A DNA stretch of 64,000 nt, from assembly GCA_964247055.1 (NCBI GenBank), contig OZ176057.1, positions 682,001-746,000 of the forward strand, in the 5' to 3' direction. A program made the translations under genes and the position numbers. Below are positions 50,101 through 62,989 of the stretch, in pieces (the first letter of the stretch is position 1; each line of letters starts with the position of its first letter). The notes under the pieces were generated by a model. That model was not told the DNA's origin. It was given only the letters and a program-made list of their open reading frames with translations, and ran no database searches. Source of the stretch: Paragordius varius (taxonomy: Eukaryota; Animalia; Nematomorpha).

Positions 50101-52539
50101 TATAAACCTATTTCTGAAAATACCCGACAATAAAATTTTGGTAGTTAAATTTGGGTCAAATAAAAATCATAATGTTAAATGGTATTTCACGAGACCCCGT
50201 ATTAAGTCATGAGGTTGTTCATAAATATATTATTAAAATAATTACTACAAAAATTTGTCATTTAGGAAAAGCAAAAAACTGGAATATCGATGCCACAATA
50301 AAATCATTATTGGAAACATCTATGATGGAGGATGGACCATATGTCAAGATGAACCATTTTTACTTCGTGCCCCTTGTTTAATTTATTCATTTGGGTTTGT
50401 AATATTTTTTACTTATTTATAATATTAAGTTTTATTATAAACAGATATTATCGGTCAAAACTAATTATTCCGGTTCAGATTTCGAATCATTTAAATTAAT
50501 ATTTTTTGCCAATATATAAATTATGAAAGATAAATTAACTAAAAAAAGGATTTTTCTGTTGAAAAACGCTGTTGAGATCTCCCCTATTTCTTTTTATTTT
50601 TTATTTACAGTAAAAATTGAAAATATACAGACGAAATGCAAAAATAGAAAGAAATATTTTTTAACTATACTTTTCAAAAACCTTTTCCCCCTATTATAAT
50701 TATATATTAATTGTGAAATGTATAAAATGAACGTAATACCAACCAAACATCTCTATTTTGTGTAATACAATTAACTAAAAAAATGAAGTTTTTTTAATAA
50801 GTATTATAGTTGTTTTTTTTGTGAAAATTTATTGTCTTTTATATGGTTATGTTTTTTTTGTAAAAATACATTTGTCTATCAGTGTTTACGTTTTGTCTGC
50901 GTAATTTCAATTTTTACTGTATTTTATAATTGCAATTGAATAAATATATAATGGCAAAAATCATGGTTATTAAAAAGTATGGTTATCTTTTTTTTGTAAA
51001 AATTTTTGATTTTTACGATTTTGCCCGTAATTTAAATTTTTACTGTATTTTATAATTGCAATTAAATAAATATATATGGCAAAGATCATAGTTTTTACAA
51101 AATTATGGTTTAAAAAATATTTGTCTTTTAATTTTTACGTTGCCTGTGGGATTTAAATTTTTACTACATATATATACATATATATGTACAGCGTTGGGAA
51201 TGATTGGTCCTTTGAGGATCGACTTTTGAGTTTTGGCTGTTTGGTTCACAGTTTTGATCCTACCATCGGTCTTAAATCTTTTCAACGATTTCCCACCAAT
51301 CTTTTTCACGCCATAGGTCTTGCCCCCGAACCAGGTTTATTTTTTTTAAATCTTACATTTTTTTGAATTTTAATTTAATTTTTTTGCAGTAAACATTGGA
51401 ATTTATTACAGACACAAAGAATGTGTTGAATCCTTGATACAAATATGTTTTTGTTATTAAAATACAATCATACTACCTTTTTAAATCTTAATTTTAACCA
51501 TTTTCTAAATTTTAAAAATTGGACATATATATAATATTTAAGAAAAAGGGGTTTTTAAATATCTTTATGTAATAGCATCTTGTCTGTATAATTTAAAATA
51601 TGCACATTCTAAGACAATTCTTATTGTTGTCGGAAAGAGTAGCGTATAAGTTAAAACAACAAACGGTTGAAATTACAATTTTTTCCAATTACAACATTAA
51701 ATTTTCTTAATTATGAACAAAATATATTTTTTATCTTATGCGTTATATCACAAATTGCCCAACAATAATAGGCATAGACTAATTTTTATGTGCATATAGT
51801 AATACAATTTTCTGTAATATATAAAATATTTTATCTTATTTTTCTAGATAGTTTTAGCCATACTGATACCGTCACTCATCCAAGTGTATATCGTAAAAAA
51901 GTTTGGAATAACCTAAATAAGATCTACACTGTTGCAAATTTACTAAACAATTCACAGTCAAACGTCAAAATCTCACCCCCAAACCAAAATTATCAGGCTT
52001 CAAATTCCGCCGAAAGTTTATATTTAAGCCAAGATTTATATGTTATTCAACCTGTTAACAAGGAAAAAATATTAAAAAACACTTTTCAACAAACTCCCCC
52101 GACTCATATGTTAGATGTTAAAAAAGAAATGAATGTATACTTACCATTAACAACAATTTTAAATATGTTACACCTACATTTTACTCAATATGATTTAAGT
52201 TCCGATATGCCTAAAATCGATATAATCAAGATTGATATTGAAGGTGCTGAATTGGATATTTTACATAGTTTACTACAAAAATCGTATGACAATGATCAGT
52301 TGTGGTCTCAAATTAAGCAAATAACTTTTGAGTTCCATGGAAGCTTTTGGGTACCACAAGAATATATTTTCAACCCAAACTTAATGCCTAAACTGAGAGA
52401 TATTTTTACGGGATTAAATCACGTAGGATTTCGATTATTTCATTCTTGTGGAAACCTGGGAAGCAAATTATATGCACCGGATTGGATATATGGGTGTTAT
52501 TGTTTTTCTTATGTTAATAGCAAATATATTTTGGAATAA
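47117..52539 (+). CDS. METTL24-like / Methyltransf_22 (FkbM-like) SAM-dependent methyltransferase with N-terminal signal anchor; 6 exons, 411 aa
   Basis: Exons 47117-47248, 48392-48445, 48512-48597, 50266-50394, 51192-51334, 51848-52539 (1236 nt, in frame). Motifs GNIYDGGWTIC..PCLIYSFGVGNDWSFE..GCLVHSFDPT..FHAIGL..LTTIL..IDIIKIDIEGAE..QIKQITFEFH..GFRLFH..CYCFSYVN. Hydrophobic N-terminus IIIPFFIGCSFLIY..LLLLLII. The first three exons are less certain than the catalytic ones. Confidence 0.85.
47549..47705. mobile_element. MITE family 4 (~150 bp, TA-TACC...GGTA-TA, internal 20-bp repeats)
   Basis: TIRs plus TTTTTCAAGCAAACGCAACA-type repeats; second copy at 53349-53501. Confidence 0.7.
48618..48880. 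mobile_element. MITE family 1, degraded
   Basis: Shared interior (AAACTATGCCATAAAGATG) and GGGTGAATTTGA repeats; methyltransferase intron 3. Confidence 0.65.
49530..49798. mobile_element. MITE family 1 nested in repeat family 9
   Basis: CATTTACAGTTCAAATTCACCC...TAAATGGTATA; flanks join up in the uninterrupted copy near 62850. Confidence 0.75.
50606..50921. mobile_element. MITE family 2 (TA-CAGTAAAAAT TIR, Tc1/mariner-type TA flanks)
   Basis: TACAGTAAAAATTGAAA.TATAC.GAC.AAA...TTTTGTCTGCGTAATTTCAATTTTTACTGTA. Related copies at ~5925-6227, 43522-43830, 45850-46113, 47999-48170, 53992-54258, 59758-60018, plus half copies at ~49030-49102, 52810-52880, 59390-59445. Confidence 0.8.
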
Positions 52540-53348
52540 CATTCTTATTCCCACGATATACAAAATTGAGTTACAGAAATAAGTTGGTTTTTTAGAAATG
52601 TACAGTAATTAGTTAAATAAAAGGTATAAACATACAGAACAATATTTTTTTTCAAAAGACATGGACTATTTTAAACATGATTTTTATAAAAAAAACTTAT
52701 AGTTTAAAATCTCTAAGATATTAGAGGTGTAAATTGCTAAGACAATCAATAAATACTTATAATTGATAGTTAAATTGTATAAATACATAGGAAACATCAT
52801 GGGTAATGAAAGTATGGTGGTATGGTCTTTATAAAAAAATATTTATCTTTACGTTTTTACGTTTTGTTTGTATAAGAATTTGATTCGTATAAAATAAATT
52901 GATTAGATATCTAATTTCCTTTTGTATTAAAAATGAAGCAGTAATAAAAAAATGTGATCCAAATATAAATTAACAGATGACCCCCTGCTCTCTCATGAAA
53001 TCAAGGGCATTTAAAATAAGGATAGTATGCTAATGATCTTGTACATTTCTTATATTATTTTTATAAGACTTCTCCTCAAATGGACTTCAGAGGATTTAAT
53101 TAAATAAATCTTATTTCGATTATATTGAACAAAAAAGATATTTTTTTGTTGTGCTTTAATGGAAAAATTCATAATGATAAAACCGAAACGGAAGAAAACA
53201 AAAAAAAATATTGGAAGAGTTTGATTAATTTTATTTATGTATGATAATATCTTAGGCCAAAAATATGTTTTCTATAAAAATTGTTTTGTAAATTAATCCT
53301 TTATTAAATTATAATTCGAGTTATTACCCTATATGGCAAGTTATAATT

Positions 53349-53501
53349 TATACCATTTTTCAATCAAAAGCAACATTTTGAAGCAAAGTTGACATTTTAA
53401 GAAAACGCAACATTTTTCAATTGACTTTGCTTGAAAAATGCGTTTAGATGAAAAAAACTTGTCCGCTTAAAAAATGTTGCTTTCGACCAAATAATGGTAT
53501 A
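53349..53501. mobile_element. MITE family 4
   Basis: TATACCATTTTTCAATCAAAAGCAACA...TGTTGCTTTCGACCAAATAATGGTATA. Confidence 0.7.
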
Positions 53502-53559
53502 ACACGCCAAATTATTATATAAAAGAATTGAAGTATTCAATTTCATTGATTAAAACAAG

Positions 53560-53870
53560 TAGTGTTCATTGTTTGATTGGGGCACCACGGTTTTTTGCTT
53601 GAGTGAGGTGAGCCTTAAACAGCTCCCTTAAAATATTAAAAAAGAAGTTTTGTCTCTTTATCCCAAATTTTGCACAAATTTTAATCAGGCCTCTCTGGTT
53701 AACTGATAGTATTTAGTGGGCATTATTTTTGATATTCTAGTACGCAGTTCGAATTGTTTATAGCATATCATTAATAGAGGTTTGTATTCCTGGATGATAT
53801 CATAACTTTTCAAAGTTGTAATAGTGGGCCACAATAATGGTCTTTTAGGCACATTAAATCAAAAAATGTA
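53560..53870 (-). mobile_element. Possible Tc1-like transposase C-terminal remnant
   Basis: Across frames IIQEYKPL (cf. FQQDNAP) and PERPD*N..KIWDK (cf. PSPDLNPIE.W); highly decayed. Confidence 0.3.
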
Positions 53871-54709
53871 TGGTTAATCTTCAATTTAAGCGCCTCTAAA
53901 ATCTTTTTTAGATTTTTTTAATCGCTAAAAAATTGGAATTTAAAATGTATTATGGTTAACTAAAATGAATTGACTTTAAACGCGTTTTATTCACAGTATT
54001 GACATTATACGGACAAAATGTAAAAATATAAACTTAAATTTTTTTCAAAAGACAACCATAACTTTTTCAAACCTTACATCCTATAAAATCATTTGACAAT
54101 CGTAAAATAATAATTGATTGTGTTACCCATTATGTTTCCATATTATTTGTAGTTTAAAACAATGAATTATATTAAAAAATCAAGATTAAAATGTATGGTT
54201 GTCATTTAAAAAAAAATTTTTGTCTTTATATATTCACGCTTTGGCCAATTTTAGTGTACATTTTGACAGAAATTTCCAAAAAATTATAATTTATAATCAG
54301 ACTTTTTTTTCAAGAAAATTTGACAAGTATAAATTTTTGAGCTCTTGAACAGGCGAGTCCAGCATGCGGCCCTTCAAAATATTATGTTCATCCCCCGATA
54401 AATTCGGAAAATTGCCAAATAAATAGAGAGTCCACAACATGCAAAAATGTGCTAATAAAATCTTTGTAAATATAAAATTTCTCAAATTAATTTTACTGAG
54501 TAAGCCTTTCCAATTAGCAGCAAACCAACAAAAAATAATGATACTGTTTAATTTTTTTGAATTTTTTAAGCTAATATATTTCTCAAAAGCGGTCTGCTTA
54601 ATAACCATTTGTGTTGGACTCATTCGCTCTTATATAAATTTTTTGGATTGGAGCTAAAAAGTACAATGTAATAAAACACAAAGTTAAATATAAGTTGAAA
54701 AAATATTTT

Positions 54710-55198
54710 ATTTTAGTCCTTCGATTCAAAATAAGGTACCTGTGGCCTGTTTAATATTATCTTTAAAAAATATGAAATTCATGATAAAAGTTTTATAACA
54801 TTAATGAACCAAAATATAAATTTAAAAATATTTGATATAACTTATTTTAAGGTAAAAACAAAAGGTAAAAATTTAGTGAATATGACATGTGTGCATTGAA
54901 ATTTCAAAATAAACCACATTTTATGTTCCTATCAATGTCAGATGGGATTTAAATAAAAAATAGCTTTCATTTTAGCTTTAAACTTAGTATGGACGATTTG
55001 CAAAAATATTGCAAAATAATAATGGCGTCGAAGTGGTTTGATATGGAACTTTAAAAATAAATTTTATTTAGATTCGGCTTTATATAATTTTTATTGAGAT
55101 AGATTAGAAGCATAAATTTTAACAGTATTTTTTTAAAAATATCACCTTGAATATGGTCTGTGGTAGTTAGATACCTTAATTTGATTCAAAGTGTTAAA
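54710..55198. mobile_element. MITE family 3, diverged
   Basis: TTTTAGTCCTTCGATTCAAA...TTGATTCAAAGTGTTAA with shared interior. Confidence 0.65.
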
Positions 55199-55827
55199 GT
55201 TTAGATTATTATTGTTAAAAATTTTAGGGAGGCAAAATTATTTTGTTTAATTGGAATTAATATAAGCTACTAATTTGTTAATATCTTAATTATAAGTTGG
55301 TAAATAGAAGAGGAACTAATATTTTTTAATAATTTAAGATTGATATATTTTTGTGACAATATTTTGACAACAGGAAAATTAATTAATTCACCACATTTTT
55401 TTTTATTTTGCAAAATTGTGTTGTTTTCTTTGCCAAAAAATTTTGTTCTTAACTTTTTTATAATTTCAAATTTGGAGGCATTTATTGATCCAAAAAGTGT
55501 ATACAACCATAAAAATGAAAAAGATAATATTGTACACCTTATATAAAAGATTTTAATTTATTTTACAATAATTTGTTATCCAGTATAATTTATTTTATGA
55601 TGCTTACTTTTTAGTTGTTATATGTTACCGGAAACATCTGAGAGTCCTTAATGTATAAGAGTTAACAAAAAGTTTAAAAAATATATGTGGTGGATGAATA
55701 AGTTTTTTAATAAAAAAAAGTACCATAAAAAATCTTAAATTTATAAATCATGTCCATATATGATTTATAGGTTTAGATTTAAGGTCAACCCTTAAGGATG
55801 CCGTGTTACAAAAATAATAAATAATAA

Positions 55828-56403
55828 TACAGTCATGTATCCTTTATTTTATCAAAAAATTTTTTATTTTCGTTAAAAGGGTATAAATATTTGGTAAAGA
55901 ATGGAAAAAACAAGAGCTCTATGTTATCAACCATATCATATTCATCAAAAAGTATAAGGATTATATGGTTATTTGGTAAAGAAAAAAGCCCAATGTTATT
56001 AACCATATCACATTCATCAAAAAAGTAAAAGAAGTGTGAGGGAAGGGCGTCGGAAATCTTTGGTAAAAAATGAAAATACACTAACAACCAACCCTTAATC
56101 TTAAAATATTGTTAAAGGGGAATGGTGATAATTTTTTGTTAATTTTTTAGCAAAATTTTATTACAATTTTTTTCAAAATTTTTATTTTATACCTTCATTT
56201 TCACTTCTTTTACTTTTTTAATGAATATGATATGGTTAACACCATTGGGCTCTTTTCTTTAACAAATAACAATAAACCTTATACTTTTTGATGAACATGA
56301 TATTGTTAATACCATATAGCTCTTGTTTTTTCATTCTTTACCCAATATTTATACCCATTTAACAAAAAAAAAATAAATTTTTGATAAAATAAGCATGACT
56401 GCA
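55828..56403. mobile_element. Foldback family 5 (TA-CAGTCATG ends, ~200-bp TIRs)
   Basis: Long arms that are reverse complements of each other, including AAGAGCTCTATG/CATATAGCTCTT. Confidence 0.75.
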
Positions 56404-58654
56404 CTAATAGGTTATTTGCCACTGTTTGGGTAATTGTGTTTACCGTAAAATTAAAAACAAAACATTACAAGTTAAAAACTTAACAACAAAAGTGTATATT
56501 TTCCTTTTATTTTTGTATGATATATTTTACAATTGTAATCATGTGTACTATATGGAAATCTAGTGTAAATGTTCGTTATATTTTATTTTTCTTTTTATGT
56601 TTTGTCCTTTATTTTTTGACTGAAATTATATATTTATTATAAAATCTTTAGGTAAATGATGCATTCTAAATCAGTGGCTTTACCCAATGGAAAAAAAATC
56701 TTGTGTACCCCCTCCCTTCCAAAAAATAACCAAAATTTATCATAATATTATGAATTTAAATCCTGGTATCTGCAATTGTTTAAATATTTTTTTCATGGGA
56801 ACTTATCTTGATTTTCACCTGAGATCCTCATTAGTCTTCAATTCGCTATCATTTTTCGTTTTTAATTAAGTTTTCCAAATTTTTCGCGAACCTTGGGAAC
56901 AACTGCTCTAATGTTTTTTGTGTTATCCCTTGGTTGTCAGACAGTAAATGTTGTAAATTCTAGTTTTTAGTTAACTGTTTGATAGAATGGTTTATCTTTA
57001 ATTTTATCATTGTCTAAATCTTAATCTTAAAGTGTTATTACCTTTGGATTACATATACTAGGGTGTCTTTAATTTATATAACTAAAATATAAGGTTACAT
57101 TTTATCAGATTAAAATAATTTTCTAGATACATGGCTACTTTTTTATTTGATATGAAAAAGTTTTTACTGAACTCGCGTTATATAATTATCATGAATTGGT
57201 TAATGTTTAATAAGAAAAATTTATACATACTTGATATTTGATACCAATTATCTATTTTCGTATGAATCTTATCTTCCTCTTCTCGTAATTTTATTGAAAA
57301 TAATTAATTGGAAAATATTTTTTTAAATTAAAATTGTAAAAAAATATCTGGTCCCTTTTTTCCATGCCCTATAATCTTTTACTATTTAAATAAAAAATAC
57401 TAATTAATTTATGTAAAAAATTTAATGTATTTACATGTTATTGATGAAATATCAAAGTTTTTTTTCACACTTCTTTGATAATAATATACATGCGAATACA
57501 TTATGTTAAAAGATTAATTTTAAGCTTGTAAATCCTATTTATACTCTTCGTTTTTTTTGTAAGCGAACACACAGAAGCACACCCGTATATTGATTGAACC
57601 AGGTTAATTCTAGTTTATTTTTTCCTATCATAAATAATTATTATAAATATATTAATTTTTTTCCGAGTTAATATTCAAAAAGATGTTTTATTCCGCACAC
57701 CAAAAAAATGTTACAATTAATCATTCATTCTAAATTGATTCCAATTTCTAATTTTTTTGTTTTCGCTTTCATTAAAATTGGAGTTATTATAAAAAATATT
57801 TACAAATCCTCTTAAAAACCCATTATGAAACACCACCACAATATCAAAAGACACCTCAACCCATAAAGGGAAAAAATTCCATTTTAAAGTAATTAGAAAA
57901 TATTTATCCTTTTTAAAGCATTTGTACACACCAAAATATTACAAGGCCCTCAAAAAATATTTATCTTGTCATAAACCATATAATAATTATAAAAATTGCA
58001 AATATTTATACGCAAAATAAGTATAATAAAAAAGTTAAGACATAATTCAGGGCCATTAAATAGGACTTCGGGCCGCGGTTTGAGTATCACGTTTAAAGTA
58101 CAGTTTTTTTATCTAAAATATATTTTAAGTTTTATTAATTTGTTAGAAAATTTCCTAAAATTAAATTTTTTATTATGTAAATTTTAGTGATTTATGGTTG
58201 AATGCATAAAAATTAATTTTTTTCTATTTCGAAATATCATTTGCCATGTAAAAATTCGAGCAAATTTTCTCATCGATAATAATGTATTTGACTTGACGCA
58301 GTAGTCTATGGTTGACAGTTGTTTTTACAGATTAAAAGAGTTTTTAATTAAAATTAACTAACACATAAGCACTTCAAAAAATTAATTTTTGTGCTTGTTT
58401 AAGAAAATAAAATCGATTTGTCTGTCAATTTGTAGTTACGCAAAACGTATCCAATCTTTTTATATTAATTATCATCAATCATATATGAAAAGAGGATGAA
58501 TTATTTCAAAATATGTTTATCGCTTTTTAAGAATTTTTCTGAAGAAAATTATATATATATATATATATATATACATTAGAGAATTGGTGAGAGTTTTGAA
58601 CAATATACATTTAATAACATAAAAAATAATTTATTAATGTCTCCCCAAGTGTGT

Positions 58655-59190
58655 TTAACACTTGGATACAACACATTCATTTTAGTCCTTCGATTCAAAT
58701 TGGGGTAGTTGGATACCCCAGGTCTGTTTAAATAAATTCTTTAAACAATATGGAAGGAATCGAAACCATGGCAAAATTTTGCACTTATATAAATAACATT
58801 ACTAAACCGAAATATATTCAATACTTGATATTAATAAGCTAAAACTAACCGTAAAAATTTAGTCAACGTGACATGTGTGCAATAGTAAATTTGAAAAATA
58901 ATACAAAATAAACCGCTTTTTCTATTTCTATTAAAGTTAGAAGTAATTTAAATAAAGAATTAGCTATAATTTTACCCTTAAAATTAAATGAAGACGATAT
59001 TTTGGAAAAATTTTATAAAATAAAATGGCGTCAAAGTAGTTTGACATGGAACTGCTTTTTTTAAAACAAAATATTATTTAGTATTGGGATAGAAGCATAA
59101 ATTTAAATTTATACCGTTTCCTTTAGTAGGTTTTTAGAAATCACTTAAATTTAGTCTGGGGTATTTAGATACCCCAATTTGAATCTAAGT
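58655..59190. mobile_element. MITE family 3
   Basis: Colinear and highly similar to 9570-10158. Confidence 0.8.
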
Positions 59191-60703
59191 AAATTTGTAT
59201 AAATTAAATAGTGGCCATACAGCCAAATACTTAAAAACTAAACTCAACTCCTTTTTTTAACCTTAATTTATTCTACATAAACTAACTATTGTAAAATACA
59301 TGCTTAATTATGTTATACATCTCTATTTCATACTTTGTGGATTAAAACAATGATTTATATCTAAAAGCATCTGTATTATAGGGGTCTTTTTTAAAAAAAT
59401 GTCTTTATGCTTATTGTCGGTATAATTTAAAATTTTACTGTGAAAAGTCTCAACATGCATTATACCCATTTTTAAAAGATCTGTAAGTTCGAACCGCCAT
59501 CCGACTTTACCGCCAGAATGGGCTACATATTTATAAAATAAATATATATTCAATCAATTATATTTATTTATTTTATCAAATATCAGTACAATACAATTAA
59601 TTCATATATATTGCCTTATATTTTGATGAAAAGAATTCAATTCTTAAATTTTGAACGGGTAGTGATGCGGATAATAGCCATGCATTTTTTCCCACAATGG
59701 GTTGAAATATATTGTTGTTTTTGTGATTTAAATATATTATAACTGCAATTTTTTGCAGTCAAATAAAAATTGAAATTATACAGACAAAACGTAAATATAA
59801 TTTTCTCTAAAAGACAACCCTATTTTTAAGCTTGATTTTTTAAAACATCACTTATTACTTAAGGTTTTCGAGGGAACAGTGAAATAGATTGGTAACAAAA
59901 TTTTAATTATAAGTTAATATAGGGGAAAAAGAGGTTTATAGTAAAATTGTATTTGGGGAAAAAATTATTTGTCTTTTCGTTTTCACATTTTGTCTGTAAA
60001 ATTTTAATTTTTTAATGTTGTTATAAAACAAAAAACACAATATTTTTTAATTCATTTTAGAAATTTTTTTTTCATTTCACCCAAAAGTTTTTTCGACTCT
60101 TGTCAATTTAATTAATCCTCCACATTAGATTCAACATAATTATTCTTTAGGGAATCATAATAAAGATTTTTCAATTACTTAACACTCTAAAGAGTCTGTT
60201 AGATTCAGATGTAATCCAATATGTTTTAGATTTATTTATAATTATTATAACTAATAAATTAATATTTTCTTTGATCGGTAACTCCTTCATGCCGCAAAAA
60301 ATTAATTGTAAGCTCTGAAATAACTTTGAAAATATATTTATATATATATATACAAAATAACTAAATTATCGTGACCAAATTATTTTTTATAAGCAAATGT
60401 TTGCATTTGTTTCCTAATCCCAATTAAAAAGTTTCCTTTAATCCCCTAAAAGTTTTTACAACAAACATATTACAATAATAATTCGTAATCTAATTTGTGA
60501 TAATGCTCAATAAAATTTTAAACATTGTATAATAATGTGTTGTTTTAGGACTCTAAATGTGTTATTTATTGATAACTAACTATATTTTTGTAATATTTTT
60601 TACAGAAAACTCAATGAAGCCGGCAATAAAATTTCATACCTGTTATTTGCAAAAATCTAGCATATTAGAAATTTTCTAGCTCACACAATTGATATGATAT
60701 GAT

Positions 60704-61086
60704 ATGGTTTTAGAAGCTCTTCCAAGTGGTGGCCTAGAAAACCGGCTTGGGTTTTTCCTGAATCTCGTGTTAAGCCTAGCCATAATAATATCCAACATTT
60801 TACTTTTGTTAACTCTAGTACTTAGTCATTACAAACGGCCACAAAATTCTACCAATTTGTTTGTCATCTCGTTGGCTTGTTCAGATTTATTGGTGGGTCT
60901 TGTAACGCTACCTCTCCTGCTTTGTGGAGAAATTATTGTGCTAAAATTTAAATGGCCAACCTTGGCTTGTCATTTGTACGCAATGTTTGTCATGTTTAAT
61001 TGCATATCAGCCCTGTGCTCCGTATATTCCATACTAGGAATTGCCTGTGAACGTTATCGCGTCATTGTCAAACCATTTAAACCAAA
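60704..61086 (+). CDS. Class A (rhodopsin-like) GPCR, TM1-TM3 exon; remainder not visible in window
   Basis: SNILL (TM1 Asn), NLFVISLACSDLLVGLVTLP (TM2), conserved Cys before TM3 and IACERYRVIVKPF (E/DRY). Probable donor AAA|GTAACT at 61087. An upstream coding exon is possible (TTTTAG at 60708-60713). Confidence 0.88.
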
Positions 61087-62989
61087 GTAACTTTTTTTTC
61101 ACATTTTTTATTCGGACCCTAAAAATTTTATTTTACTATTCCTTATGTTGTAGTACAAAACAAAAATGTTTGTTAATTTTAACAAATATATATTTTAAGT
61201 TCTTAAACAATTTACAAATTTGTTTGTATCATAAAATATTAATTACAGGACAAAGTTTACCGTTTGGCGTAGATTTGTCTAGTTGCAAAAATAATAGAAA
61301 AGGGAACATTTTATAAATGCTATAATTAACTCAAGTGTTTTTACACCTTGGAGGCTTGAGTTGTTAGCCAAATTGAGGGACTTGAAAATATAAAATAAGA
61401 GTCCACGAATTGAATGCAAAAACTAAAATAATGCGCTAATCAACTGATTATCAGTATTTTGCATGTGATTGTATGACATCAGCCAAAACCATATATATTT
61501 TAATCTGAAAACTCTCATTCTTAACAAACAGCAAAGAGGTTTTAAGGTAGCTTAATTTTTAATGTTACAAAGTAAAAGCATCTTAAACAAAAATCAAATA
61601 ACAATATACTGTAAAATTTTGTCTATAATTCATTTTATGCGAAAAAGCTTGGTATGGTTACTGAGGTCTACCTTATTTGTGGTTTTGTAAATGAACATGA
61701 GGATTTAAACTTTTTAAATTTTTTGGTTAACTTAGTAATGTGATAATTTTTGACCTGCACGATAAAAAGGGATATCATTAACTATTTTTTATATTCTCTT
61801 TGTTAAAACCCTGAGTATGAGTGATTTTATAATAAAAAACAGTTTATAAATATTATTTAATTATTTTATATCAAATTGTATTTATTCGCATATTACATCG
61901 CGTAAAATTTTATTACAATAACAAAAAAAGCGTCAACCAAATTTAGTTTGTTAACATAGATAATGATTATAATTATTTCTTTATATAAGATACTTAAAAA
62001 ACCAAAAGATAAATTCTATAAGTTTAATCTTATTGAAAAAAAATAATATGATTATGAAATTATGATTTTATATAAACAAATAATTGTGACCCAATCCGAT
62101 TTTTAGCTTTGATGAGCTATCATTATATTTGTATTTAAACTTAAATTTGTGTAAACCTTTGCAGTTTTTAATTGCCAAAGCCGTACTATTTGGAAAATAC
62201 CAAATATATTGTATTCATTAAATAATACCACACTAAATATATATCATAACGCTTAGATAATTTAAATGCTGCTTGCAGAGGCATTTGTGTCGGACACCCC
62301 TGATATTAGACATTTTAAATAAAAATCAACTTTTTTTGGATATTTAATTTTTAATGTATAATTTGGTATAATATATTGTAATGATGACCAACTTGAGTTT
62401 TTGACATTTATTCATTGTGCATATTATGTATAAATATATATATATGAAGAATCTCAAGATTTAAATAGCAAAACTTATGAAAGTGTTTATATCAAAACTT
62501 ATGAGACAATAGGGAATCATGAATATTTATACAAAGATAACTTGAAAATTTAAAAATTTCCATATCTATTAAAACATAAGTAGACAGAATAATTATTTTA
62601 TCCTTCTCGCGTTCTTATGGCGTAATCTCTAACCTTGATGGCAAACAATGGCTTATTTCTTATAACAAATAATTTTATGTCTTAAAGTCAAAATTAACAA
62701 TCCATTAACTTTTGGGGTAGTTTTATATCATAGAGCGATTTAAACTTTGAACATCTTAAAAAGTATTTAGAAAATAATATAATTAACTTAAAAAAGCTTT
62801 CAGGCTACATTTTACCAGCAAAAACATGATATACTTTTATTTTAATATTGGCTATTCGTTTCAATCGTGTTTTCAAGGTGTATTAATTTTAGTCTCTAGA
62901 AGTCTTAAAACTGTAAAAAATATAATTTTTTAAGGTGAACTAACAAAAAGTAAAAAGATAATAAAGTGTTAAAGGTGTATATAATATGC

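Noticed and set aside
1340-59553. Remaining 60-110-aa ORFs rich in F/I/K/L/N/Y
   Set aside because: Expected by chance in such AT-rich DNA. Most start at non-ATG codons or overlap MITEs and introns, and none shows a recognisable motif.
19569-61086. Ligand-receptor pairing of the RFamide-like family with the GPCR at 60.7 kb
   Set aside because: They are about 25-40 kb apart with unrelated genes between; linkage of this kind carries no functional information in animals, and the receptor is incomplete.
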